Source: an uncultured virus (IMG/VR IMGVR_UViG_3300044445_000196)
Taxonomy: Duplodnaviria; Heunggongvirae; Uroviricota; Caudoviricetes
Strand: one strand, 5' to 3'
IMG/VR virus record: IMGVR_UViG_3300044445_000196
Length of the DNA stretch: 64,000 nucleotides
Shown here piece after piece: positions 47,189 to 56,737 of this stretch. The notes beneath the pieces were generated by a model, which ran no database searches, was not told where the DNA came from, and was given only the letters and a program-made list of their open reading frames with translations. The number at the start of each line of letters is the position of its first letter. Position 1 is the first letter of the stretch. Position numbers and translations under genes: made by a program.

Positions 47189-48385
47189 ATGACCATCTCC
47201 CGTGATGCCGCCGCCCGCCGCGAGTCCGCCCGCCAGTCCACCGGTGAGTTCGGTGAGCACGCCCACTCGGCACCCGAACTCACCCTAGCCACGGACTCCC
47301 CCTGGCCCGCTGACCTCGGCGGCGGGGACGGCCCGTGGGGCGAGGTCAGCGTTGAGTACGGTGCCCGCACCCCGTGGGGCCCCGCCCAGCACCAGGAGAA
47401 GGTCGCGGACGGCATCGTCTTCGTCCCCACCGAAGGTCACGGCGGCTACAAGCTGTCGAAGGAACGCAACGCCGCCATCCCCCGCCCGTACCGTTCCGCC
47501 AGCGGGTGGTACGAGGAGGACACCGAACAGCACATCGTGGTTTTCTACCACCACGACGTCGTCGCCCGACAGGACGCGAACCGCACCCGTGACGAGCGTC
47601 TCGCCGCCGAAGATGAGTCCCTGCGCGACTGGTACCCCGCGGCGTGGGAGAAGGCGAACGGCCGCGAGCTCGAGCCAGGTGAGAGCCGCGCGAAGGACGA
47701 GCAGAGCTGGACTGCGGTGCACGGGGATGACTACGTCGCCGTCGCCCAGCAGCGCATCGAGGACGGTCTCATCCTGGTCACCGCACGCCGGTCGTCCACC
47801 GGCGACGAGGATCGGTTCGTCCTCACCGCCGCACAGCGCGATGAGGCCTCGTCCGGCACTGCGTCTGAGCTCGGCAGCCGGGGCCGGTTCGTGGTCCCGA
47901 ACGGCATCAAGGCAGAGCCGCGCCCGGAGCCCGCTCCGACCAAGCCCGCGTTCACCGCTGTTCCGGCCACGGAGGGTCTGACTGCCGCGGCCGCGAAGAA
48001 GGTCTCCGCCGACCTCGACAAGCGCTGGCGTCTGAGCGATGACACGGTGCTGACGCTCCGCCAGCAGATCGAGCAGGGGCACATCACCGGCAAGACCGTC
48101 CTCGTCGACGACAACGGCACGCGGAAGTTCTACCTCGAGGACGGCGGGAGCGGCGTGATGGCGGTGGCGAAGGCCACCTTCGACGCTTTCGAAGCGCCTG
48201 ACCGCCGCACCGAGGTCGACCACGCGCGCGAGTTCTGGCAGATCGTTCAGGCGAAGAAGTCCAAGGCGCAGCGCGCGGTGGATGGGAGCTGGCGTCCGAC
48301 GAGCGCGCAGTACGACGAGCTGCGCGCGGCCAGCACCGCCGAGCGCGACGCCTACGACGCGTACAAGGCGCTGCGCGACAGCTGA
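47189..48385 (+). CDS. Shared-peptide protein with DUF7007-like domain
   Basis: RESARQSTGEFGEHAHSAPELTL; TPWG...GI..V.T.GHGG..LS..RN...WYEED. Confidence 0.8.
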   Translation: MTISRDAAARRESARQSTGEFGEHAHSAPELTLATDSPWPADLGGGDGPWGEVSVEYGARTPWGPAQHQEKVADGIVFVPTEGHGGYKLSKERNAAIPRPYRSASGWYEEDTEQHIVVFYHHDVVARQDANRTRDERLAAEDESLRDWYPAAWEKANGRELEPGESRAKDEQSWTAVHGDDYVAVAQQRIEDGLILVTARRSSTGDEDRFVLTAAQRDEASSGTASELGSRGRFVVPNGIKAEPRPEPAPTKPAFTAVPATEGLTAAAAKKVSADLDKRWRLSDDTVLTLRQQIEQGHITGKTVLVDDNGTRKFYLEDGGSGVMAVAKATFDAFEAPDRRTEVDHAREFWQIVQAKKSKAQRAVDGSWRPTSAQYDELRAASTAERDAYDAYKALRDS

Positions 48386-48395
48386 CCCGCGCGCC

Positions 48396-49100
48396 TCACA
48401 GGAGGCTGCGGAAAGGCAGCGTCGGCGGGTCCAGCTCGTCGAACACCTCGGCACCTTCGACGACCACCGGCTGCGGGGTGCGGGTGCGCCGGATGCCGAC
48501 CGCGGTCAGCACGGCAGCGATGACGCCCACCCCCGCCGCGCCCAGCCACAGCATGAGTGGGGGCACTGCCGCGAGCGAGCGCTGCCACAGCTCTGACGAG
48601 ACGCGACGTTCGACGGTGTGCAGGTACGACACCGTGTGCGCGTATCCCTCATTCGTGACGTTCTGCTCGGTGTCGTCGACGCGGGCGACGACGGTGTCTG
48701 CGAGGGCGAGGATCTCGCCGTAGTTTGAGGTGTACTCACCCACCGTCAGGGTGGCGTCATCCTGGACGACCGGGGTGTACCCGCCGGTCAGTCGAAGCGC
48801 CTTGTCGAGGTCCGCACTGATGGTGCAGGGGTCCAAGACGCTGAACCCGCCACAGTCGGTGTGTACGGTCGCGCCGGCGAACAGCAGCTTGAGGGAGAAG
48901 TCGTCCTGCTCATCCTGGTCGTAGGTGCTCAGCTGCACGGCGGCATCGAGCGAGACGTACTCGGGCACGAGACGGTCCATGGCGATGGCGAAACGCTCCC
49001 GTGCGGCGTCGCCGACGAGGATGTGGTTGGTGCCGAGCACGAGCATCCCCGCGAGGATCCCGGCGCCGGCGGCGATGGCGATGCGGTTCAGCTGCTCCAT
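48396..49100 (-). CDS. Membrane protein with two terminal TMs
   Basis: N- and C-terminal hydrophobic helices. Confidence 0.7.
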   Translation of the reverse strand: MEQLNRIAIAAGAGILAGMLVLGTNHILVGDAARERFAIAMDRLVPEYVSLDAAVQLSTYDQDEQDDFSLKLLFAGATVHTDCGGFSVLDPCTISADLDKALRLTGGYTPVVQDDATLTVGEYTSNYGEILALADTVVARVDDTEQNVTNEGYAHTVSYLHTVERRVSSELWQRSLAAVPPLMLWLGAAGVGVIAAVLTAVGIRRTRTPQPVVVEGAEVFDELDPPTLPFRSLL

Positions 49101-49324
49101 CAGAAGTCGTAGCCCGGGGTGAGTCGCGCGAGGATCTGCTGCTCCGGCAGGAGGTACTCGCGGAACCCGCCGCGGCAGGCGACGAGCACGGCGTAGACGG
49201 TCTCCACACCGGCGAGAATGGCGGTGATGATGCCGTGGTGCCGCCGCGTGGAGCCGTCGGCGATGACAACCTCCATCCCTTCGGCGAAACCGAAATCGGG
49301 GGCGGGGGTGGAGTCGAGGTCCAT
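49100..49324 (-). CDS. Small hypothetical protein
   Basis: GGAG RBS; TGATG coupling to next gene; GCGCATAG upstream. Confidence 0.6.
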   Translation of the reverse strand: MDLDSTPAPDFGFAEGMEVVIADGSTRRHHGIITAILAGVETVYAVLVACRGGFREYLLPEQQILARLTPGYDF

Positions 49325-49383
49325 GGGTTCTCCGTGGTGGGCGGTGGAGCGGGATGTCGCCCCTATGCGCGCTCCGGGAATGC

Positions 49384-49414
49384 CGAAGGGCCCCGCATGG
49401 TGCGGGGCCCTTCG
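49384..49414 (-). terminator. Hairpin/terminator
   Basis: CGAAGGGCCCCGCA...TGCGGGGCCCTTCG. Confidence 0.7.
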
Positions 49415-49428
49415 TGCGCGGTCAGCGG

Positions 49429-49773
49429 TCAGGCGGCGACGAGCTCGCGCCGGGACGCGAGGGTGCGCTCGGCGTCGGCGTACGCGTCGATGAGGTCGAC
49501 CTGGTTGCCGGTGGTCGTGCGAGCGGCGAAGAGGACCTCGTCACCGTCGCGCACCTCGGGGAACTGGATGATGGGGGCCTGGGCGACGCCTGCAGCCCTG
49601 AGCGCGGCGAAGTCGTCGGCGTTCTCGGGAGCGGCGATGGCGCGTTCGAACGGGACCAGGTGCTTGCTCTTGAACTGGAGCTTCGCGCCGATGCACTGCG
49701 GGCACGGCGTCTTCGTCCAGATCGTCAGTTCGGTGACGGCGGGGGCGTCGAAGGAGGGAGCGCGGTCGTTCAT
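49429..49773 (-). CDS. NrdH-like glutaredoxin
   Basis: IWTKTPCPQC...QAPII. Confidence 0.8.
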   Translation of the reverse strand: MNDRAPSFDAPAVTELTIWTKTPCPQCIGAKLQFKSKHLVPFERAIAAPENADDFAALRAAGVAQAPIIQFPEVRDGDEVLFAARTTTGNQVDLIDAYADAERTLASRRELVAA

Positions 49774-49847
49774 AGTCGTTCTCGTTTCAGTGGTGGGGTG
49801 TGAAACGCCGCCCGGGTCTCCCCGGGCGGCGTTCGGAGGGTGGGGCT

Positions 49848-50630
49848 TTAGGGGGCGGTGGTGTCGCCGTGGAGGGCGTAGGTGGACAGCGCGTCCAGGC
49901 GCCGGTAGCGGTTGCCGGAGAGCCAGCCAGCCTCGCGGATGCGGTGCACCTCTGCGTGGAACGCATCGACCTTCGCGTGAGAAGCGCCGTCATCGCCGGA
50001 GTAGGGTTCGTTGGCCATCTCCGCCAGGCGGGGGTAGTCGAGGATGCTGTGCCCCTCGGGGAGGTTCTGCAGCTGATGCTCGGCGAACAGGCGCGCGTTC
50101 TCCGCGGTGACCTCCGCCTCCGCCCCGACCTGCCGGCCTTCGCGCCACATCTCGTCGACGTAGCGGGCGTTGCTGGCGGCCTGCGAGTCCGCGGCGCGGA
50201 GCGCTGCCTCATCGACCTGGGTGACGTTCAGTCCGCCGTTGTTGTTGCCGACGTAGCGGCCGCTGCGCGCGCGGTGGTACGCGACCTCGTACGAGGCTTC
50301 GACCTGGTCGGGGTCGGGGTTCCCCTCGAACGGCAAGCGGTGCGGGAGGTAGCGCTCGAGCACGGTCAGAGGCACCTCGGGTCCGCCGGCATCCGCCCAG
50401 ACCTTCTTGCGCTGGACCGCGAACGTGCCGTAGTCGAACCGCCGCATCGCGATGTCCCGCGCGAGCGCGGAGCGTCCGCCGGTGGCGGAGTCGATGGCAG
50501 CCTGCGTGTCGGCGCCACGGGTGACTTCACCGGTGAGGGGACCTTCTGGGGCGCTGTGGGTGGACTCGACGAAGCGTCCGTCGCTGGTACTACGGGGGTG
50601 GGCGGTGGTGTCAAAAGGCTGCGTGGTCAT
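49848..50630 (-). CDS. Shared-peptide hypothetical protein
   Basis: HPRSTSDGRFVESTHSAPEGPL; variant motif GCCCCGTACAT 7 nt before ATG. Confidence 0.8.
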   Translation of the reverse strand: MTTQPFDTTAHPRSTSDGRFVESTHSAPEGPLTGEVTRGADTQAAIDSATGGRSALARDIAMRRFDYGTFAVQRKKVWADAGGPEVPLTVLERYLPHRLPFEGNPDPDQVEASYEVAYHRARSGRYVGNNNGGLNVTQVDEAALRAADSQAASNARYVDEMWREGRQVGAEAEVTAENARLFAEHQLQNLPEGHSILDYPRLAEMANEPYSGDDGASHAKVDAFHAEVHRIREAGWLSGNRYRRLDALSTYALHGDTTAP

Positions 50631-50668
50631 GTCACTCATGTACGGGGCGGGGCGGGGGAATGACCGGC

Positions 50669-50896
50669 CTATGCGGCGAACGTGAGCGCGGCGACGGCGG
50701 CCGCGGCGGCGCGGTCGATGGCGTCGCCGTCGAGGTCGGTGTACCCGTGCCCGGGGGCGGACCCGGTGAGGAAGTCCGCAATGGTGGCCTCGAACGCATC
50801 CGGGTCCGGTGCCGCGGGCAGGCCCGCCTCGGGGGCGCTGTGGGCCACCTGCTCGAACCGACCGAACGGGTCCCGCGTCTGGGCAGGGGCGCTCAC
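50669..50896 (-). CDS. Short shared-peptide protein (75 aa)
   Basis: QTRDPFGRFEQVAHSAPEAGL; GTGA overlap. Confidence 0.7.
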   Translation of the reverse strand: MSAPAQTRDPFGRFEQVAHSAPEAGLPAAPDPDAFEATIADFLTGSAPGHGYTDLDGDAIDRAAAAAVAALTFAA

Positions 50897-52074
50897 GCTG
50901 CGGCCTTCTCGGCGGGGGCTCGCATCGCACCGTTGAACAGCTTGTCGATGCGGTTGAGCTCGGTGTCGGTGAGCCCGGTCTCCGGCTGGAAGTGGCGAAG
51001 GATGGCTGCCTGACCGGCGGCGCGGCCGAGGACGGAGGCGTCGTTGGGGGAAGCGCAGTGGCGTTCCGGAGACCAGTCGTGGTTCTCGCGTCCGATGATC
51101 TCGGCTCGTTCGAGGCGCTCGAAGGCGTCGTTCATCTTCGCGACGGTCTTGCGGTACCTGGCTGCTCGGGACTCGGTGAGCTTGGCGACAGCCGCGGCGA
51201 GGCGGGGTTCGGCGTCGTCCCCGAGGGTGTCGATGTCCGCGTCGACGCCGGAAGCCGCGGTGGTGGCCGCGCTCATCCGGTGGCCGAGGTCGCGTGCGCT
51301 CGTGACGTGCTGCTGCAGCCCGGTGACGGTCTCGACGTCCATGACCGACCATTCGTCGTACTCGCTGAGGACGGCGGCCTGCACGCTCGCGCGGGCGACG
51401 ATGAGACCGTTGTCGTCGACGGCGTCGCAAGCGCCCTGGAGCTCGTCGGGGCCGTACCCCTCGAGGTACGCCCATCCTTCGACCTCCCCAGCGATGAGGT
51501 CGCGCTGAGCGAGCTCGCCGATGGCGTGGGTGGCCGCCTGCTCGGTGTCGAGGAAGGCCCTCAGGTGGTTGCTGTGGCCGTCCACCTTCATCGCGTCGCG
51601 GACGCCGAGGGATTCGGTGTACGCGTTGATGCCGGCGATGTCCTCGCCTGGCGCGTCCGCGAGCTCACGCGCGTTGACGCGCATCGCGTCGACCGCGGCG
51701 CTCTGGCGGGCGATGACGACGGTGGAGATGTCGGGATCGGTGCGGACGTAGCGGGGGTCGGCGGTGAAGTCGCTCTCCCACTCGATGTCGGTGAGCGAAC
51801 CAGGCTCGCGGTGCGAGAGGACCAGCCACCCGTCGTCGCGGACGGCACCGACGAACGCGTGCACCTCCTCACCGTTCACGTCCTGGTACAGCACCGGCTC
51901 GAGCACGGCGAAGCCGGGCGCTTCGGTGGGCGGGGCCTGCAGGAAGTCGCTCAGGTCGGTGTCGTCGGAGGCGTCGTCGAGGGACAGCTCGGGAGCGGAC
52001 TGCTCCTTCGTGTCGAAGCGGCCGGTGGCCTCGCGGGGGTGGAGGGCAGCGTCCCAGGTGGTCGTCGTGGTCAT
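50893..52074 (-). CDS. Shared-peptide hypothetical protein
   Basis: WDAALHPREATGRFDTKEQSAPELSL; variant motif GCCGGGTACAT 7 nt before ATG. Confidence 0.8.
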   Translation of the reverse strand: MTTTTTWDAALHPREATGRFDTKEQSAPELSLDDASDDTDLSDFLQAPPTEAPGFAVLEPVLYQDVNGEEVHAFVGAVRDDGWLVLSHREPGSLTDIEWESDFTADPRYVRTDPDISTVVIARQSAAVDAMRVNARELADAPGEDIAGINAYTESLGVRDAMKVDGHSNHLRAFLDTEQAATHAIGELAQRDLIAGEVEGWAYLEGYGPDELQGACDAVDDNGLIVARASVQAAVLSEYDEWSVMDVETVTGLQQHVTSARDLGHRMSAATTAASGVDADIDTLGDDAEPRLAAAVAKLTESRAARYRKTVAKMNDAFERLERAEIIGRENHDWSPERHCASPNDASVLGRAAGQAAILRHFQPETGLTDTELNRIDKLFNGAMRAPAEKAAA

Positions 52075-52111
52075 GCTGTCCATGTACCCGGCACCTCGCT
52101 ATATTCAGCGC

Positions 52112-52663
52112 ATGGGCCTAGTGGACGACGCGGACAGTCATTCGAGGAAGTGGGCGACTGCTGCGCGCACGAGAGCCGACCACGAAGCATCGCTCGACGA
52201 GCCGTTGCGCGAGGTCTGGGTGAGTGAATTGGTCGGGATGCTGCAGCAGAGCCGCATCCCGCCATTGCCTGTGTATTTACAACACGACCGGTTCGCACGC
52301 CAATCGTGGCTGGGGCGAATGACCTGTGACGTGACCTTCTGGGGGATGGCGTGGTCCCTACATGGCAGGTACCATGACGCCGACCGGAACACCTCGGATT
52401 ATGTGTTGCTGGTTCCCGATGGCCAGCTCTTCTCCGGCTCCGTCACTCTCATGCCAGGCAAAGCCAGTCCTATCTCCTACGCCGGCGTTCACGCAGATCA
52501 CCTCCAGCTTTGGGGCCACACAACGATTGTCCCATCACGCATTACCCGCAGGGGCGGGGCCGATCTTCGCACCCGGGTCGGTCTCAGTGTTGCGGCTGCG
52601 CTCCGGCGTGGGGACATGCCGGTGCAGGGCACGATTGAGGGGTTGAGTTCAGTTCACTACTGA
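52112..52663 (+). CDS. Hypothetical protein, paralog 1
   Basis: MGLVDDADSH; TATATT 6 nt before ATG. Confidence 0.7.
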   Translation: MGLVDDADSHSRKWATAARTRADHEASLDEPLREVWVSELVGMLQQSRIPPLPVYLQHDRFARQSWLGRMTCDVTFWGMAWSLHGRYHDADRNTSDYVLLVPDGQLFSGSVTLMPGKASPISYAGVHADHLQLWGHTTIVPSRITRRGGADLRTRVGLSVAAALRRGDMPVQGTIEGLSSVHY

Positions 52664-52748
52664 CGGCGGTGCGCCGCCATCAGAACCGGCCAGCGTGACT
52701 CGCCTCCGCGTGGTGGAGGACTCGCCGGTGTCCCGCTATGTTCAGCGC

Positions 52749-53273
52749 ATGGGCCTTTTGGACGACGCGGACGCACATCTCCAGCGGGAAGCGCAGAAAG
52801 CGCGCGAGCGCGAAGAGGAAAGGAGGCGCGCGGCTGAACCCGTCCGCGAGGACTGGATGTCTGAGCTGGTTGAACTTCTCCGTGCACATCGGGTGCAGCC
52901 TTGGCCCATGTACGTCATCACGGAGCGGACGGAGAGGAACTCGTTCTTCAGTTCCATGTCGGTGCACGAACAGGTGAGCCTGTGGGCCGAGGGATGGGTA
53001 CTGACCGGATTCGACCCGACGAGAAACGACGGTTTCGGCGCGACATTCAGTGTCATTCTCACCACGGACGGGTCCATGTGGAATCTGGGCAGGCAAAGAA
53101 CAAAGCAGCCTCACGGAACCGCCACACGCGGCTTTCGCCCGGGGCATGTTCTGCGCCACATCTTGTACGAGGATGCACCTCAGCCCCAACGGGGATCGGG
53201 CTCCGACGGCCATCTGCGCGAATGGGTCGGGGTTCGCGTCGCAGCGGCGCTCCGCAGCGGAGCCGCCATCTAG
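52749..53273 (+). CDS. Hypothetical protein, paralog 2
   Basis: MGLLDDADAH; TATGTT 6 nt before ATG. Confidence 0.7.
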   Translation: MGLLDDADAHLQREAQKAREREEERRRAAEPVREDWMSELVELLRAHRVQPWPMYVITERTERNSFFSSMSVHEQVSLWAEGWVLTGFDPTRNDGFGATFSVILTTDGSMWNLGRQRTKQPHGTATRGFRPGHVLRHILYEDAPQPQRGSGSDGHLREWVGVRVAAALRSGAAI

Positions 53274-53545
53274 CTACGGGCGTCATTGCGACCCTGCGCC
53301 CTCCCCACGGAGACTGCGGTCAGGAACGGTCTGAGGCCGTCTGACTCCAACGGTGTAAGCGCTGAACACCATTGCGCCTGGATGTTCCTAACGTTTCTGC
53401 CAAGCTCGCTGGAGGATGTGTGGGAGTCGACTTCCGCGACCTCATCGGCGCCCCCACCGCAGTTGCACTCACCCGTGGGGACAAGCCCCAGCGAGGCACG
53501 CTGGTCGCCTGGTAAGCCCACCCCGCCTGCATGTCACACCATGAT

Positions 53546-54286
53546 CTACGCAGTTAGCGCCACGGCACGTTCCCGGGTGCTCTCAGCCCGAACGTACCGC
53601 TTGGGCACTCGGAGGCTCTCGCCCGTGGCGAGGTCCACCAGCTGGAAGTTCTTCGGGCCGGGGCGGAGGATGCTGTACCGGCGGACGGTGTACCCGGAGA
53701 GGGTCACGCGAACGACCGGTTCGTCGGCGACGGCGGCGAGGTTCCGCTGGCGGACGTCCTCGCGCATCTCCCGCATGGTCGGGGCGGCCTCCCCGTCGGG
53801 GTAGGTCAGCTCTTTCGCGCACCGGAGGGTGTGCCCGTCCTCGCCGACGAGGAGGTAGCTCTTGTCGTTGTCTTTCAGCACGCGCCACCGCTGGTCGCTG
53901 AACTTCGCGTTGCGCACGCGTAGGAACGGCTTCCCGGCGACGGCGTCGAGGTTGGCTTGCAGGGCGGCGTCGCGGGTGGCGTAGGGGTTCTCACCGCATG
54001 CGCGAGGGGTGGCGCCGAGGGAGACGGCGACCGCGCGCCAGCGCGGCCCGTGCTTGGCGGCGGGTCCAGCCTTGGCGTGCGCGATCTCGTGGAGGATGGT
54101 GTTCCGCACGCTCTTCTCGTCGGCGTGGGAGGCGTAGTGCCGGGACATGCTGATGCGCCGCGGAGTGAACTGGCACAGCCCCATCCGGCGTGTGGCGTTG
54201 TCGAACGCGAACGTCCACCCGAGGCTGTCGAGGCCGTGAGTGGCCATGAGGTCGTGAGCGAGGGTCTTGGCGTCGTTCAGGTCCAT
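53546..54286 (-). CDS. SprT-like zinc metalloprotease
   Basis: FDNATRRMGLC, TILHEIAHA, HGPRWR; alternative start 54298. Confidence 0.88.
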   Translation of the reverse strand: MDLNDAKTLAHDLMATHGLDSLGWTFAFDNATRRMGLCQFTPRRISMSRHYASHADEKSVRNTILHEIAHAKAGPAAKHGPRWRAVAVSLGATPRACGENPYATRDAALQANLDAVAGKPFLRVRNAKFSDQRWRVLKDNDKSYLLVGEDGHTLRCAKELTYPDGEAAPTMREMREDVRQRNLAAVADEPVVRVTLSGYTVRRYSILRPGPKNFQLVDLATGESLRVPKRYVRAESTRERAVALTA

Positions 54287-54320
54287 GTGACTGTCCATGC
54301 GCGGTTCCCCGCGCGCGGTG

Positions 54321-55064
54321 TCACGCGCAGGCGAAGGATCCGCAGACGCCGGTGACGGGCAGGGCGGTGAAGCACTCCCCACAGTATTCGACGGGCTTCG
54401 GGGTGCGGGCGGCGACCAGCGCCTCCCGTTCGGCCTTGGCGGCCGCGGCGGCGATGGCGAAGCGTCCGCGGGCGTCTTCGTTGATCTGCGCCTCACCGCG
54501 GGCGAAGTCGTGAGCGTCGATGGCCGCTGCCCACGACGATGCCGTGGCGGCGCGGCGGGCGGTGGTGTCCTCCCCCAGTTCGGCGCGCTCGGAGATCGCG
54601 TCGCTGGCGCCTTCGAGACCGTTCTCGCGGAAGCCGGCGACGGCGGGGGTGGCCTCGGCGAGCTCGACGACCAGCTGCGCGCGCTCGTCGTCGTCTAGGC
54701 GCTGCATCTCCTCACCTAGCGCGGTCAGGCGCCAGGCGGATCCGCCGTCGTAGGAGGGGTCGGATTCCACCAGCCCGAGGTAGCCGGCGGCGTTGAGGTA
54801 GTAGGCACCCTGACGGTGGTCCATGTCGAGCGCCTGCGCGACGGAGCCGGGGGTGTTGACGTCGTTGGCGACCGCGGCGACGGCGGCGGAGACCTGCTCG
54901 AGACGGTTCGCCTGCGGGACGGGGTACGACTCGTCGATGGCTTCGGTGTACGACGGCAGCGCCCGCAGGTGCAGCCCCGTCTCCGGTGCCGAGTTCATCT
55001 TCGTGGCGAAGGTGCCGGCGCTCTCGCGGGGGTGCTTCGCTTCGTCCCAGTGTGGTGTGGCCAT
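54321..55064 (-). CDS. Shared-peptide protein with winged-HTH and C-terminal Zn ribbon
   Basis: WDEAKHPRESAGTFATKMNSAPETGL; PQAN...RQGAYYLNAAGYLGLV...LT..G; CGECFTALPVTGVC. Confidence 0.8.
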   Translation of the reverse strand: MATPHWDEAKHPRESAGTFATKMNSAPETGLHLRALPSYTEAIDESYPVPQANRLEQVSAAVAAVANDVNTPGSVAQALDMDHRQGAYYLNAAGYLGLVESDPSYDGGSAWRLTALGEEMQRLDDDERAQLVVELAEATPAVAGFRENGLEGASDAISERAELGEDTTARRAATASSWAAAIDAHDFARGEAQINEDARGRFAIAAAAAKAEREALVAARTPKPVEYCGECFTALPVTGVCGSFACA

Positions 55065-55194
55065 GCTCGTCATGTGCGCGGCGGCTCCGGCTTCTTCGCG
55101 GGGGTCAGGGGCTCCCCTATGCGCTCCGCGGGCGGGTTCTCCGGGCGCTTGCGCTTGGCGGCGCGGTCGAGCTTGCGCCGGCGGGACGCGGCGG

Positions 55195-55872
55195 TCACTC
55201 CTTCATCTCCACGGCCATCCGCACGAGGTCTTCGGCTGCGGCCATGGCCTGGCGCACGCGCGCGAGCTGCGCGTCGGTGAGGTTCTCCACCGCGGCGGGG
55301 TCGAGCCCGTTGTCCATCGCTCGGCCGAGCAGGTGACGGATGGCGAGCGCGTCGCCCTGGCGCTGCAGCTTCTCCCCGACGGCGGCGTCCGCGGCCGCGC
55401 GCGCGGGGTCCGGCAGCGAGATGTCGTCGAACTCGAGGGTGGTGCCGTCGTCGCCGGTGAAACCGGCCTGGCGAGCAGCCTTGTAGTCGTCGAAGTGGAA
55501 GTCGTTGATGTCGGGGTACGCGTCGGGATCGTCGTACTCGACGTCGTTACCCTCAGCGTCCTCGTAGCCCCCGAAGCTCAGACGGGAGACACCATCCTCG
55601 TAGTCCCAGTAGAAGTTCGCGCGCGTGGCGGTGGGGATCGCTTCACGGGCGTCCGCGACGAACGCCGCCATGCGCGTCTCCGTCGCCTTCTCGTCCGCGA
55701 GGTACGAGTCGTAGCTGTGCACGTCGCTGAGCGCGCGCATCCGGTCCGCGGGGGTCGCCTCGGGCGCCGCGAGCTCGGCTTCGGGGGCGGAGTGCTCCTG
55801 GACGCCGAACTTGCCGGTGGCAGTGCGGGCGCTTTCGCGGGCGGCTTCGGCGTTGGGGGTGATGTCGCTCAC
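55195..55872 (-). CDS. Shared-peptide acidic protein
   Basis: RESARTATGKFGVQEHSAPEAEL. Confidence 0.8.
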   Translation of the reverse strand: MSDITPNAEAARESARTATGKFGVQEHSAPEAELAAPEATPADRMRALSDVHSYDSYLADEKATETRMAAFVADAREAIPTATRANFYWDYEDGVSRLSFGGYEDAEGNDVEYDDPDAYPDINDFHFDDYKAARQAGFTGDDGTTLEFDDISLPDPARAAADAAVGEKLQRQGDALAIRHLLGRAMDNGLDPAAVENLTDAQLARVRQAMAAAEDLVRMAVEMKE

Positions 55873-56732
55873 GAGGAGGCTCCGTTTCGGTGGGGGCGCG
55901 CGGGGATTCGCGCGCCGGTGGGGAGGGAGAGGTAGGAGCCGTCGTCGAGCGCGACGCTGACGGCGCCTTTCGCGCCGTGAGGGTCGGCGCCGCGGACGAC
56001 ACCGACGATGTCGGCGCCGGCGGGCCGGTGCTCCGCGAGGTGGCGAAAGTCGACGTGGTCGCCAGCGCGCAGCTCTCGGAGGTCGATGAGCGGGTCGGTG
56101 GCCCCGTGCGCGGCACGGCGGCTGAGTTCGGCGGCGGCGAGCTCACGCTCGGGGTCGTCCGGGTCGTCGGTGGTCTCCATCTGGTGCAGTCCCGCGGCCG
56201 CGTCCTGAGGGGTGTTCGAGGGGTACTGCGTCTCGAAGTCGGCGATGAAGTCGTTGTCGTACGCGGTCGCGAGGGCACCGTCGGAGATGAGGCGGTGGTG
56301 GCGCGCTTCCTGCCAGGTGGAGTTCTGCCGCGTGGCTGTCGGGTCGCTGGTGTCCACCAGTTCGGGGGTGACGGCGTCGCGCAGCCACGTCGGAGCGTCG
56401 GCGAGGGTGGTCCAGTGGTCGTCGTCGAGCTCGCTGGTCTGCTCGGGGGTGAGCGCCAGTTCGCGCACGGGAAGAAGTCGCTGGTCGAGGTCAGCGTTGT
56501 CCCATCCGTCTTCGTCCGGTCCCCACACGTACGCGGTGACCACGCGGCCGCGGTTGAAGTCGTTCCACGTGTTGATGCCGATGCGTTCCGGAGTGAGCCC
56601 ATCCCGCAGCGCAGGGTAGGCGTAGGAATCGAGGGCAAGTTCGGGGGCGGTATGCTCCTGCGCGCCGAAGCGGCCGTCGGTGGCGCGAGCGTGTTCGCGC
56701 GCGGTGGTCGCGGCGGTGGTGATGTCGGTCAT
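55869..56732 (-). CDS. Shared-peptide hypothetical protein
   Basis: REHARATDGRFGAQEHTAPELAL; class A motif 56740-56750. Confidence 0.8.
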   Translation of the reverse strand: MTDITTAATTAREHARATDGRFGAQEHTAPELALDSYAYPALRDGLTPERIGINTWNDFNRGRVVTAYVWGPDEDGWDNADLDQRLLPVRELALTPEQTSELDDDHWTTLADAPTWLRDAVTPELVDTSDPTATRQNSTWQEARHHRLISDGALATAYDNDFIADFETQYPSNTPQDAAAGLHQMETTDDPDDPERELAAAELSRRAAHGATDPLIDLRELRAGDHVDFRHLAEHRPAGADIVGVVRGADPHGAKGAVSVALDDGSYLSLPTGARIPARPHRNGASS

Positions 56733-56737
56733 ACCGG

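Noticed and set aside
53280..53545. Lower-GC intergenic stretch as a gene or RNA
   Set aside because: No convincing ORF, promoter motif or stable structure seen.
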